Positions 1-12,000 of a DNA stretch of 64,000 nt are shown in pieces. The notes beneath the pieces are model-generated. The model saw only the letters and a program-made list of their open reading frames with translations. It had not been told where the DNA came from and made no database searches. Origin of the DNA: Eledone cirrhosa (lineage: Eukaryota); NCBI GenBank assembly GCA_964016885.1, contig OZ024748.1, forward strand, positions 28,582,001-28,646,000, read 5' to 3'. Every line of letters begins with the position of its first letter. Position 1 is the first letter of the stretch. The translations under genes were made by a program, and so were the position numbers.

Positions 1-437
1 TTTTCCGCTCCTTATCTTTAGATTTGTTGGTGGTGAACATGGAGTGCCATCAGTAGGAGTATTCCGGTTATGGGAGGTCTCCAGCTCCGAATTGATGGGA
101 AGGTCTGAACCATTAGGTGATTTTTCGACCCCAGTCTGGTTCCTCTCTGGAGGCCGCGGCCCTTGTTGAACCGGGTGATGACTGATCCGGTATGAGTTTT
201 TATCCTTTGTTATTGGATTTATTTTGTTGAATTTTATCCTTAGCCACCAAGGGATAATCATTTCGAGTTACCACTCCTAGGACGTAGTGTCAACCAAGAC
301 TATACCCCGCCGGCCGCCAGCCCGGTATTTCTTGGTCACGGGTTATTTTTTAATTGTTATTATTATAAATGTTTCCTTAATGTGAGCCCTATATGGCTAA
401 TAAAGAAATTATTATTATAATATACTTTTATTATTAT
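1..437 (+). mobile_element. 3' end of a diverged Tx1-like element (terminal motif plus ATT-rich tail), cut by window edge
   Basis: 375-408 TCCTTAATGTGAGCCCTATATGGCTAATAAAGAAA then ATTATT resembles the termini of the full-length Tx1 copies (TATGTGAACCCTTGTGGTTAATAAAGAAA + ATT). Upstream sequence does not align obviously. Confidence 0.5.
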
Positions 438-438
438 T

Positions 439-844
439 TTGGCAGTATCGGTAGAGGGTCGGACATGCTTTCCAGCGTAGTTACATCCTTTTACGATCTG
501 AGTTCAATACATGAAACTATTATTACTATTATTATTATCATAACCAAGAGCGGTGAATTGGCAGTATCGGTAGAGGGTCGGACGCCATGCTTTGATGCAT
601 GAGTTACGGCCCTTTCCATTGTGAGTTCAAATCCCGCCGAGGTTAACTTTGCCTTTCATCCTTACGATAAAATAAAGTACCAGTAATGTACTGTGCAATT
701 GCTGGCCTTGTGCCAAAAGTAGAAACAATTATTATTATTATTATTGGCCGAGGTTAACTTTGCCTTTCATCCTTACGGGGTCGATAAAATAAAGTACCAG
801 TAATGCATTGGGTAATTGCTGGCCTTGTGCCAAAAGTAGAAACA

Positions 845-880
<36 letters not shown>
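439..880 (+). mobile_element. Cluster of three tRNA-derived SINE copies (5' fragment 439-507, near full ~548-745, 5'-truncated 746-880), (ATT)n tails
   Basis: Pol III A box TGGCAGTATCGG, B box GAGTTCAAATCC, conserved body CTTTGCCTTTCATCCTTACGGGGTCGATAAAATAAAGTACCAG, end GGCCTTGTGCCAAAAGTAGAAACA(ATT)n. The same sequence recurs at about ten sites in the window. Confidence 0.85.
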
Positions 881-1066
881 GGCGACCTACATAGTAAATC
901 GTATCATCGTGAGCTCCGCAAAGGTTTGTTATTTCAGTTATTTAAAATTGCCATTTATGGAAAATTTTTATTTTATTGAAAAGGACACTCAAAAATATTG
1001 GGGCCTTGAGCCCAAAATTTAAACTTTTTATAATTATCAAACAAAAGATTTTTTCTTTGAAAAATA

Positions 1067-3056
1067 ATGGATGACCCAGATTCACTCCTTCCTCACAATC
1101 CAACACCTCACACCGATACCACCATTGTAAATATTGCTACGTTTGCCAACACTGGAATTGTAAGCAGTAGCAATATTTTAAATTTGTCTCAGGCAGACGT
1201 TCATTTCCCGCCATTACCAAGGACTGCAGATGTTAAAGCCGCCACCACCACCACCACCACCACCACCACCACCGCGACAACCCCCCCCCCCCCCCTCACC
1301 ACCACCACCACAGCGACAACAGAAACAAAAGAAAAATAATAAATTAACTCATGATATCGAAATGAATTCAACCAAAATGAACTCTTCCACACCGAACACC
1401 ACTGACGCCACCACCACCACAACTGAAACTAAAATTAACAATAGCAAAAATAACGATAATAACAACAGCAACAATAAAATTAAGAAAACTACCCTGAGTT
1501 TTGCCAAAGTAGCAAAAACGTGCGAAGCGATCCAGGTAACTCAGGAAGAATTAGACGAAGCCAAAGGAATGGTAAAGAAAGATGGGTACAGGGTCAGCCC
1601 CCCCCTAATAAAATGGAGCATGTCGCCTATGCACCGTGTCTTATCGAACAATTAACATAAAATCGCGCCGAGTGGAGCGGGCATCCGAGTCCCAAATCCA
1701 AAAAGCTTTGGGACATGTGTGGGCAAAAAAAACCCACATCAGACGTGGGCAGAAGTATGGAACCGTGGACGTGTTCTTTGAAACACCACAGGAGGCCAGA
1801 GAACACTCCGTGGCCCCATTAAAAAGTGACGACTTCACACTCATCCCAAGCTATTGTGGCCAGAGACTTGTGAAGATCAGGGTGACCCACGTTCCACCGG
1901 CCATCGAAATTCCCTGGCTAATGGCCGCCGTCCTCGCCGGCATCGAGGCCAACACCAAAATAATAGAAATAGCAAAAGAAAAGCAGGAGAACTGGTCCGG
2001 ATCTGGGATGGAGCTCCTGATCCAAGCGGACCATAAAAGCATTGAGGAGATCCCAGAGGTAATAGACCTCACTGACGGCAGCCACCTCACCGTAATCGTC
2101 GAGGGCAGAAGACCTAGGTGTGTCGTTTGTGGTGAAGGAACCCACCTAAGGGCTTTTTGCCCTCAGGCTAAAAGGTTGAGGCCAGCTCTCTTACCCACCC
2201 CAGTGACTCAACCATCAACACCACCAGCAGCAGAAATGGCAGCAACAACAGAAGCAACTGTAACAGCAACAACCCCAGCAACAGTAGCAAAACCAACACC
2301 ACCACCACCCAACGCCCCAGAACTAGCACCAGCGCCTACACCATCCACCACGCCACAACCAAAACCAACGCCTGGGGAGGATTTTCCCCGGCTTATCGCA
2401 ACTGGAGACAGATTGTGACGACGAGGAGTGGGAAACGGTATCAGGAAAAAAGAAAAAAAGAAACCAAAAAAGAAAAGAATTCTCTGCCCTCCCCCTCCAA
2501 AAACAAAATACAGAGGGAAACAAATAAATTAGCAAGCAAGAAAGTTAAGACGGATATGCCACCATCCACATCAGCATAAACAACCCCATCACCACAAACA
2601 CCAACACCATCACCATCATTAACCCCAACACCACCATCACCAACACCACAAAAGTCACCAAAAAGCGTAACAGAAACAAACCCACAACAAACGCAAACAA
2701 AACAAAACAACCAAAACGATACACACTACACAGCATTAAATTTGAACAACAACTAATTATTACACTACATGCAACCCAACACCAGCATCACAGAAAAAGA
2801 CTACACAACAACCCAAAAGTTCACACCACCTCCACACATACAAATCACTCGCATCACACAGAAAACGTACACGACACTAAAACAAAAATTCCCCAAAGAC
2901 ATCGGAGACTTCCAACAAACACTCTCCAGGAGGATTTATAAGGACATCCTTCCAGAGGAGGCCACAAGCAGTGAAAAGGATGGACAAACCATCCTTCCTC
3001 AACGAGAAGTAAGGTTAGTGGTCTTTCCCCATCTTTTCCACTCCATTTCAACATGA
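1067..3056 (+). pseudogene. Tx1 ORF1 (nucleic-acid-binding, zinc knuckle), frameshifted
   Basis: Pieces 1067-1339, 1230-1655, 1636-2418 and 2769-3056 are collinear with copy-2 ORF1. CX2CX4HX4C motif CVVCGEGTHLRAFC; Pro/Thr linker; breaks near poly-C runs (~1281-1295, ~1598-1605) and again at ~2390-2770. Confidence 0.8.
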
Positions 3057-6000
3057 CCTCACTCAGAATAGGCAGCATATATGCGCGTGGCTTGGGGTCG
3101 TCATGGAAGCAGGGCCACCTGCTCAACGACCTCAGGTCACTAAACATAGATGTAGTGGCCATCAGCGAGACCAGAATCTCCGAAGCACGGGCCTTCGCAC
3201 CGATCTTCGGCGGCTACGATGTGTACGCATCTCCCAGCCGTCCGGGATCGGGGGGAGGAGTTGCTGTGCTTTTTCGGAGAGGTTTGGATTTCGCCATACA
3301 GGCTATCTTCCTGGGCCCAGAAGGTAAGTTGGTGGTGCTACACGTGACCAGCGGAGACGGGCAAGCTTTCAGGCTAGTGGCCGTCTATGCCCCGACAGGA
3401 GCAGGGCGGCCTGATTTCTTCCGGCGTCTGGAGACCTTTCTTGGAACGTCCCGCTCTTTAGTGTTAGTGGGCGACTGGAACTGGATCTTAGATGCACTCT
3501 GGGACTGTATGGGATTAGCGGATAGGGGAGAAGGGTGCAAGAGCCTCACCAACCTGCTCAGGCGTTTTGAACTGTCTGACAGGTACCGATTGGATTTCCC
3601 GAATGTGCCAATGTGGACTTGGACAAATCGCATAGGGTCATCCAGATCATATCTAGACAGAGTATTTTGTAGAGAAATAGATAGGTCTAGCATAGGCTGT
3701 CCACAATTCAAGATAGTCAGCTACACGGACCACAAATTCGTGATCTGTGTGCTTGACTTAGATAGGCTTCATAGACGAGGACCCGGCTACTGGAAGCTAA
3801 ACGCGTCCTTACCAGCGCGCAAGGCCTACAGAGACCCGATTAGCGAACTAGTTAAGCGGGCGTTGACGGGGGCCATCGTCAACAACAAGTGGTGGTTTGC
3901 TCTGAAAAGAGCAATTAGAATAGAGTCCATTAGGTTTAGTAAGGCTTTAGCAATAGAGAAAAATAGAGCAGAGGGAGAATTAGTTAGAAAATTAGACGAG
4001 GCGCTTAGCAAAGGCATCGCGACCGACGTACTTGCGGCGAAAATGGCCCTTGACCAATTCTTCAATGCAAAGCACGAAGGCTGCGTTGTCAGAGCTAGGG
4101 TGCGTGCTCTCAGACACGAGGGAACGAAAGCCGTTCAATGGGCCCGAGTTGCGGAGGCGCGTCGTGGCAACAAAGCCACGATCCGGTCTTTGGTGGACCA
4201 CGACGGGCGCATGCTACTCGATCCCGGGAAAATGTGTGAAGCTTTTCAGCGACACTTCGCTCAGTTGTTCGGGGGCAGCGGCGGGCCGGATCGAGGGATG
4301 GACTTTAGTGTCTACCTCGACGGACTGCCGCGGCTCTCGGCCACTGAGGCGGAGTGTTGCGAAAAGCCGATAACAGCCGCTGAAGTACGGGAGTCAATGA
4401 CTAGCTGCATAAGGGGTAAATCGCCTGTTTTGGATGGTCTGCCCTATGAATTTTACGTACAGATGCCAGACTTTTTCGGAGGCCTCTTGGCAACAGAACG
4501 GGAGAATTCCCAGCTCTGTGAGCCAAGGAGCTGTGGCGCTGCTGAGAAAGGATCCGAACAAGGAGGATAACATAGATAATTTTAGGCCCATAACTCTGCT
4601 AAACACAGAGTTCAAGATTTTGGCTAAGGTGCTAGCAAAGAGGTTGGCGCTTGTCGTTGGTGGTCTGGTGGGAGAGGCGCAGACATGCGCCATTCCCGAC
4701 AGATCCATCCACGACAACCTCCACCTCATGCGATACATCGTAGAGAGGGTAGCTAGGGAACCTGGCACGGGTGGGTCTTTGATCAATTTAGATCAGTCGA
4801 AAGCTTTCGATAGGGTCGACCATCGTTACCTAGCGGCAGTCCTGAGGGCGGCTGGCTTTGGGCCCGTCTTCAGAGGCTGGATCGCTGCCATGCACAGTGA
4901 CATCTGCTCTGTAGTGAGAGTGAACGGTCACCTTTAGGAACCGTTCAACATCATGCGCTCGGTCCGCCAAGGATGTCCCCTCTCGTCCCTATTGTACGTA
5001 TTGACTCTCGAGCCATTACTGCACAAACTGGAGACGTTGAGGGGGGTCCCGCGCGAACTAGGATGCGGAAGATCCGTGTCAGCATATGCCGACGATGTCA
5101 CCGTAGTGGTGTCGAACGCCAAACACATCGAGGCGATCGGCACTACACTAAGAGAATACGAAGCGGTGACAGGAGCAATGATCAACCAGGAAAAGTCAGT
5201 GGGCCTGCAGCTCGGCACCTGGAGAGGCAGGTCCATGCCGTCCAACAGCGTCGTCGGGCGCTGGACGGACGGACCGGTTAAATTGCTAGGGGTCTGGTTT
5301 GGTCCAGACCTCCAGACGGACAAAAACTGGGTCGAGGTGACGAGCAGGGTGGCTTCTCTCACCCAGAAATGGGCGAAGAGGAAGCTATCCCTGAAAGGTC
5401 GAGCGGAGGTGGCGAATGCGTACATCGCATCCGTCATCTACTACCGCCTGACCGTCGTACCTTGTCCTAAGCCCCGCCTGACTGCGCTGGAGCGTTTGCT
5501 CTTTCGCTTCTTGTGGAAGGGACGCGCTCCGATGGTCAGGCGGTCCATCTGCTGTCAACACCCGCTACGTGGAGGGCTGGGCATGCCGTGGCTGATGATG
5601 CGCAGACACGCGCTCAGGCTACGAAATCACCTCTTCCTCGATGGTGATCAGGTGTGGTCGCCGTTTGCTAGACACGTTTTTCCCCACCTCGGCTCCTTGA
5701 CGGAGCTGCAGTCCTGGGTCAAGCGAAGACCGAGAGGGAGCGCTTGGAGACTGGAATGTCTTCAGGCGCTCACAGCCCTCGACCAATCGGGCAATGTGAT
5801 CGGTGGAAACTCCACCTTGGCGTTCTATAGGGGATTAGTGGAGGGTAAGAGCGACGACGTACTTGGAGAAACTCTAGGCGTCGACGAAAATCAACTAGCC
5901 AATCTCTTCGGAAGGACTTTCGGGCCGGGGCCTATGGACAACTTCCAGAAATCCCTGGCCTGGCAGTGCTACCGGGGAGCTTTGCCAGTTCGGGATAAAC

Positions 6001-6449
6001 TCTACAGGCATGGAGGTGCCGTCACTCGGGCATGTCCGAGATGCGCACAGGGCGACGAAACCGTCCTGCACGCACTCGTCCAGTGTCCGAGCATTGCTGA
6101 CTTGTGGGTTTATGTCGAACACCTGCTGTCACGTGTAGGACGGATCCAGCTATCAGCTGAGTCCATCGTGAGGATTTCCCCGCCCTCTTCCTTTAGCCGG
6201 GAAGGGCAAGCAGTTTTTATCTGTCTGGTGGCCATGGCGAAAGAGATAGTATGGTGGACACGTTTGAAAGGGCTGAAGACGAGCACTTACCTCTTTGGTG
6301 ATGCCCTGATTAACTTTTTCAAATTTCATTTGAAAAGGAAAATCAGGGTAGAAAGGGAAGTTCTCTCTTCCCAGCATTTTGTTGAAAGATGGGTGAGAGA
6401 AGCAAGTATGGCCCGAATGAATGGGCCTTCTCTGAGTATGTGTCTGTAA
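3053..6449 (+). pseudogene. Tx1 ORF2 (endonuclease/reverse transcriptase), disabled
   Basis: Near-identical to 9064-12483 but with a 20-nt deletion at ~4490 (frameshift), TCG>TAG nonsense at 4935-4937, SINARG>SIYARG in endonuclease motif I, and a 3-nt deletion at ~5626. RT motifs QGCPLS and YADD are retained. Confidence 0.92.
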
Positions 6450-6932
6450 ATTAAAGGTGGAAAACTGGGAGAGGGCACTTGCCCTGGTGGTCAGGGCCAC
6501 TGTGGTCTTTTAATGGGCTTTCTCCACAAATGTCCCTTGGAAGTCTCCCCCCTATTGGGGAATTTTTCTTTGTTATTTTATTTCAACCTCTGTTTTTTTA
6601 CACGCAGAAATGCCCATTTGTACCGTCCTGTATTGTCCTGTACTGTCCTTAATGTCTACTTTATGTGAACCCTTGTGGTTAATAAAGAAAACATTATTAT
6701 CATTATTATTATTATTATTGAATGCCATGGTTGACGGAGGCTCGGCTCTGTAAGGTATAGTAATTTTTAACCGTTAAAACAATTGTAAATTGTTTAAAAC
6801 TTGAACCAAATTGTTGATAAAGACACCCTCCTCCTCGTGAGAGGGGTCTTTCTGTCCGTTATTTGGCCCTTCGGGGTTAAATAACCAGTTATTGGGGTTT
6901 TGTACCCAAAATTTCATTTTAAACAAAAAAAC

Positions 6933-9028
6933 ATGGCTACCAAAAAGAAATTTCATACGTCACTCCCACTCATTCCGTCTTCTTCTTCCTCAATCATCAC
7001 TACAGCAGAGAGAAGATTGTCTCTCTCCCTCCCTTCTTTAAATGTGTCTCTCTCCCTCCCTTCTCTTTCGCAAGTGACGAAAGAAAAGAAAAGTCTCGTG
7101 CAAAGCGTGCAAGGTTTCTCCACGACGACGACGACAGCGACGAAACAGGTGTGCGGGAAATACGAAAACCCAGTTCATTCGTCTGACGTCAGGAATAATA
7201 GCAGTAGCAGCCGTAATAACAACAGCAACAGTGACAATGAAAACAACAGTAGCAGCCGCAACAGCATCACCAGCAGCATAAACAACAACAGCATTAGCAG
7301 CAGCAACACCAACAACAACCACAGCAACAGCGGCGGAGGCAGTAGTCGTAGTACCTGCAGCAACAACAAAAGTACCAGCAGCTCTGACGACAACAACAAC
7401 AGCAGAGAAAAACCAATCTCATTTGCAGGTATTGCGAAAAATTTGGAAACAATCCTCATAACAAATGAGGAATTAGAGGAAGCGAAGAAGATGGTGACAA
7501 AGAACGGACACCGAGCAATCTGCAAGGCAGCGAAAAATTTTTTCGAAACCCAAGAGCACTGTACGGTCACGTACCGTACAGTAAGTACAAAATCCCGTAG
7601 GGTGGAAAGAGCCACAGAGGCCCAAATACAAAAAGCCTTGGGGTCTGTGTGGCAGCGGAAAACGCACATCACCCGAGGCAAAAAATATGCCACCGTAGAC
7701 GTACTTTTTGCCACACCCCAGGAGGCAAAGGCCCAATCAGTAGTGACCCTAAGGAGCGAGGAAATGGTGTTGGTGCCCTCCTACTGTGGGCAAAAATTGT
7801 GAGGGTCAAACTGACCCACGTCCCCCCCGGAATGACCCCTTCTTGGCTGGCCGCGTCTGTCCTCGTCGGAATCGAGGACAAAACAACTGTACTGCAAGTA
7901 CAGAAAAAAGTAAGAGAAGATTGGGTCGGCTCCTCCATTGAGATACTAATCCAAACCAACCAGGAGTGCATCGAAGCTATCCCGGATGTGATAGACTTCG
8001 ATAACGGCACTCAACTGCCCATAAGTGTTGAGGGCAAACGCCCGAAATGCTTTCGCTGTGGATCGAAGACTCACCTCAGGGCCTTCTGCAACGAGAAGAC
8101 CCTGAGAAAGGAGAAAACCCCCCTCCTTCCGAATCCGGCTCCACGGCTACCAGCAACAGGACAAGCGGCAACCAGGAACGATAGGCCCGTGGCACCCATA
8201 CCCACTCCACGGAAATCAAAAACAGCAGCAGCAGTGGAAATACTAACAACAACAACAGCAATACCAAATGCAGCTGCAACAGAGACTCCAGTGCAAACAT
8301 CACCAACAACAACAAGTGAAAGAGTGGAATTGGTACCCCTCCCCGACCTCACAGAATCAGACATGGAGTGTGAGGTGGGAGAGAGATGGCAAAAGGTCGT
8401 AAGAAGGCACAAACGCAGAAGCAGCGCATCGTCGCCTTTGAAAAGTGAGGAAAGAAATGAGAAAAGGGTAAAGTCTACTGCAAAGAGACCCACAGCAGCA
8501 ACAACACCAACACCATCACCACCCACACTAGCGCCACCATCACCACCGGCGACAACCCCACCGCCAACAACACCTTCAACACCACCACCACAAGCACCAA
8601 CATCGCAAACACAACAACAAAACACACACACCCAGCAACAACGACAAGAAAATAGCAGAACCACACCCCACCCCCAGAAAAACAAATGCACGGCAATAAA
8701 TACACACAACAAGAAACTAATGACTTACATAATTGAACACACAGACATTTCACAACAGGACTACATAATACCAGCACCAATCAAAACGCCAACTAACATA
8801 AGACTGCTAAAAATAGCACAGAAACAATACACAAATATTAAAACGAAATTCCCCAACGCAGTTGGTGATTTCAGGGACCTAGGAGGAACCATCAATCGAA
8901 GAGTATACTCAGACATTCTCTTAGAAGAGCCGACGACCAGCCGAAGGGACGATTCAACGGTCCCTTCACCAGACGATCAAGTGAAAAGGGATGTAAAAAC
9001 CATCCCTCCTCTACCAAAAGTACGGTAA
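6933..9028 (+). CDS. Tx1 ORF1 protein (Asn/Ser-rich N-terminus, RRM-like core, CCHC knuckle), one apparent 1-nt frameshift
   Basis: ATG at 6933. ORFs 6900-7802 and 7649-9028 join if the A-run at 7792-7796 had one more A (CGQKIVRVKLTH vs copy 1 CGQRLVKIRVTH). Knuckle CFRCGSKTHLRAFC. The RRM assignment is by analogy to Tx1 ORF1s. Confidence 0.8.
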
Positions 9029-9063
9029 GTGGTCTTTCCCATCTTTTCCACTCTATTTTAAAC

Positions 9064-12000
9064 ATGACCTCACTCAGAATAGGCAGCATAAATGCGCGTG
9101 GCTTGGGGTCGTCATGGAAGCAGGGTCACCTGCTCAACGACCTCAGGTCACTAAACATAGATGTAGTGGCCATCAGCGAGACCAGAATCTCCGAAGCACG
9201 GGCCTTCGCACCGATCTTCGGCGGCTTCGATGTGTACGCATCTCCCAGCCGTCCTGGATCCGGTGGAGGAGTTGCTGTGCTTTTTCGGAGAGGTTTGGAT
9301 CTCGCCATACGGGCCATCTTCCTGGACCCAGAGGGTAAGCTGGTGGTGCTGGACGTGACCAGCGGAGACGGGCAAGCTTTCAGGCTAGTGGCCGTCTATG
9401 CCCCGACAGGAGCAGGGCGGCCTGATTTCTTCCGGCGTCTGGAGACCTTTCTTGGAACGTCCCGCTCTTTAGTGTTAGTGGGCGACTGGAACGGGATCTT
9501 AGATGCACGCTGGGACTGTGTGGGATTAGCGGATAGGGGTGGAGGGTGCAAGAGCCTCACCAACCTGCTCAGGCGTTTTGAACTGTCTGACAGGTACCGA
9601 TTGGATTTCCCGAATGTGCCAATGTGGACTTGGACAAACCGCATAGGGTCATCCAGATCATATCTAGATAGAGTATTTTGTAGGGAAATAGATAGGTCTA
9701 GCATAGGCTGTCCACAATTCAAGATAGTCAGCTACACGGACCACAAATTCGTGATCTGTGTGCTTGACTTAGATAGGCTTCATAGACGAGGACCCGGCTA
9801 CTGGAAGCTAAACGCGTCCTTACCAGCGCGCAAGGCCTACAGAGACCGGATTAGCGAACTAGTTAAGCGGGCGTTGACGGGGGCCATCGTCAACAACAAG
9901 TGGTGGTTTGCTCTGAAAAGAGCGATTAGAATAGAATCGATTAGGTTTAGTAAGGCTTTAGCAATAGAGAAAAATAGAGCAGAGGGAGAACTAGTTAGAA
10001 AATTAGACGAGGCGCTTAGCAAAGGCATTGCGACCGACGTGCTTGCGGCGAAATTGGCCCTTGACCAATTCTTCAATGCAAAGCACGAAGGCTGCGTTGT
10101 CAGAGCTAGGGTGCGTGCTCTCAGACACGAGGGGACGAAAGCCGTTCAATGGGCCCGAGTTGCGGAGGCGCGTCGTGGCAACAAAGCCACGATCCGGTCT
10201 TTGGTGGACCACGACGGGCGCATGCTACTCGATCCCGGGCAAATGTGTGAAGCTTTTCAGCGACACTTCGCTCAGCTGTTCGGGGGCAGCGGGGGGCCGG
10301 GTAGAGGGATGGACTTTAGTGTCTACCTCGACGGACTGCCGCGGCTCTCGGCCACTGAGGCGAAGTGTTGCGAAAAGCCGATAACAGCCGCTGAAGTACG
10401 GGAGGCAATGACTGGCTGCACAAGGGGTAAATCGCCTGGTTTGGATGGTCTGCCCTATGAACTTTACGTACAGATGCCAGACTTGTTCGGAGGCCTCTTG
10501 GCGGACGTCTACTGCAACTGGCAACAGAACGGGAGAATTCCCAGTTCTGTGAGCCGAGGAGCGGTGGCACTGCTGAGAAAGGATCCGAACAAGGGGGATA
10601 ACATAGACAATTTCCGGCCCATAACTCTGCTAAACACAGAGTTTAAGATTTTGGCCAAGGTGCTAGCAAAGAGGTTGGCGCTTGTCGTTGGTGGTCTGGT
10701 GGGAGAGGCGCAGACATGCGCCATTCCCGACAGATCCATCCACGACAACCTCCACCTCATGCGATACATCGTAGAGAGGGTAGCTAGGGAACCTGGCACG
10801 GGTGGGTCCTTGATCAATTTAGATCAGTCGAAAGCTTTCGATAGGGTCGACCATCGTTACCTAGCGGCAGTCCTGAGGGCGGCTGGCTTTGGGCCCGTCT
10901 TCAGAGGCTGGATCGCTGCCATGCACAGCGACATCTGCTCTGTGGTGAGAGTGAACGGTCACCTGTCGGAACCGTTCAACATCATGCGCTCGGTCCGCCA
11001 AGGATGTCCCCTCTCGTCCCTCTTGTACGTATTGACTCTCGAGCCATTACTGCACAAACTGGAGACGTTGAGGGGAGTCCCGCGCGAACTAGGATGCGGA
11101 AGATCCGTGTCAGCATATGCGGACGATGTCACCGTAGTGGTGTCGAACGCCAAACACATCGAGGCGATCGGCACTACACTAAGAGAATACGAAGCGGTGA
11201 CAGGAGCAATGATCAACCAGGAAAAGTCAGTGGGCCTGCAGCTCGGCACCTGGAGAGGCAGGTCCATGCCGTCCAACAGCGTCGTCGGGCGCTGGACGGA
11301 CGGACCGGTTAAATTGCTAGGGGTCTGGTTCGGTCCGGACCTCCAGACGGACAAAAACTGGGACGAGGTGACGAGCAGGGTGGCTTCTCTCACCCAGAAA
11401 TGGGCGGAGAGGAAGCTATCCCTGAAAGGTCGAGCGGAGGTGGCTAACGCGTACATCGCGTCTGTCATCTGCTACCGCCTAACCGTCGTACCTTGTCCTA
11501 AGCCTCGCCTGACTGCGCTGGAGCGTTTGCTCTTTCGCTTTTTGTGGAAGGGACGTGCTCCGATGGTCAGGCGGTCCATCTGTTGTCAACACCCGCTACG
11601 TGGAGGGCTGGGCATGCCGTGGCTGATGATGCGCAGGCACGCGCTCAGGCTACGACATCTCCACCTCTTCCTCGACGGTGATCAGGTGTGGTCGCCGTTT
11701 GCTAGACGCGTTTTTCCCCAGCTCGTTTCCTTGACGGAGCTGCAGTCCTGGGTCAAGCGAAGACCGAGAGGGAGCGCCTGGAGACTGGAATGTCTTCAGG
11801 CGCTCACAGCCCTCGACCAATCGGGCAATGTGATCGGTGGAAACTCCACCTCGGCGTTCTATAGAGGATTAGTGGAGGGGAAGAGCGACGACGTACTTGG
11901 GGAAACTCTAGGCGTCGACGAAAATCAACTAGCCAATCTCTTCGGAAGAACTTTCGGGCCGGGGCCTATGGACAACTTCCAGAAATCTCTGGCCTGGCAG

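Larger units (their letters stand above)
881..6719 (+). mobile_element. Full-length Tx1-clade non-LTR retrotransposon, copy 1 (disabled)
   Basis: 5'UTR, ORF1 with CCHC knuckle, ORF2 APE+RT+C-terminal zinc finger, 3'UTR ending AATAAAGAAA + (ATT)n at 6693-6719; preceded by (ATT)n at 845-880. Confidence 0.9.

Noticed and set aside
548-640. tRNA genes at A/B-box sequences
   Set aside because: Box spacing is extended, no cloverleaf forms, and each is fused to the SINE body.
6821-6850. HDV-like ribozyme in the Tx1 5'UTR (TCCTCGT motif)
   Set aside because: Folds as a simple hairpin; no P1/P2 pseudoknot partners found by eye and no equivalent in copy 1.
7786-7802. Programmed -1 frameshift in ORF1
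   Set aside because: No canonical slippery heptamer, and copy 1 is in frame at this site. A homopolymer indel or sequencing error is simpler.
9022-9030. Splice donor GTAAGT overlapping the ORF1 stop
   Set aside because: Altered in copy 1 (GTTAGT) and no acceptor identifiable; may be coincidental.
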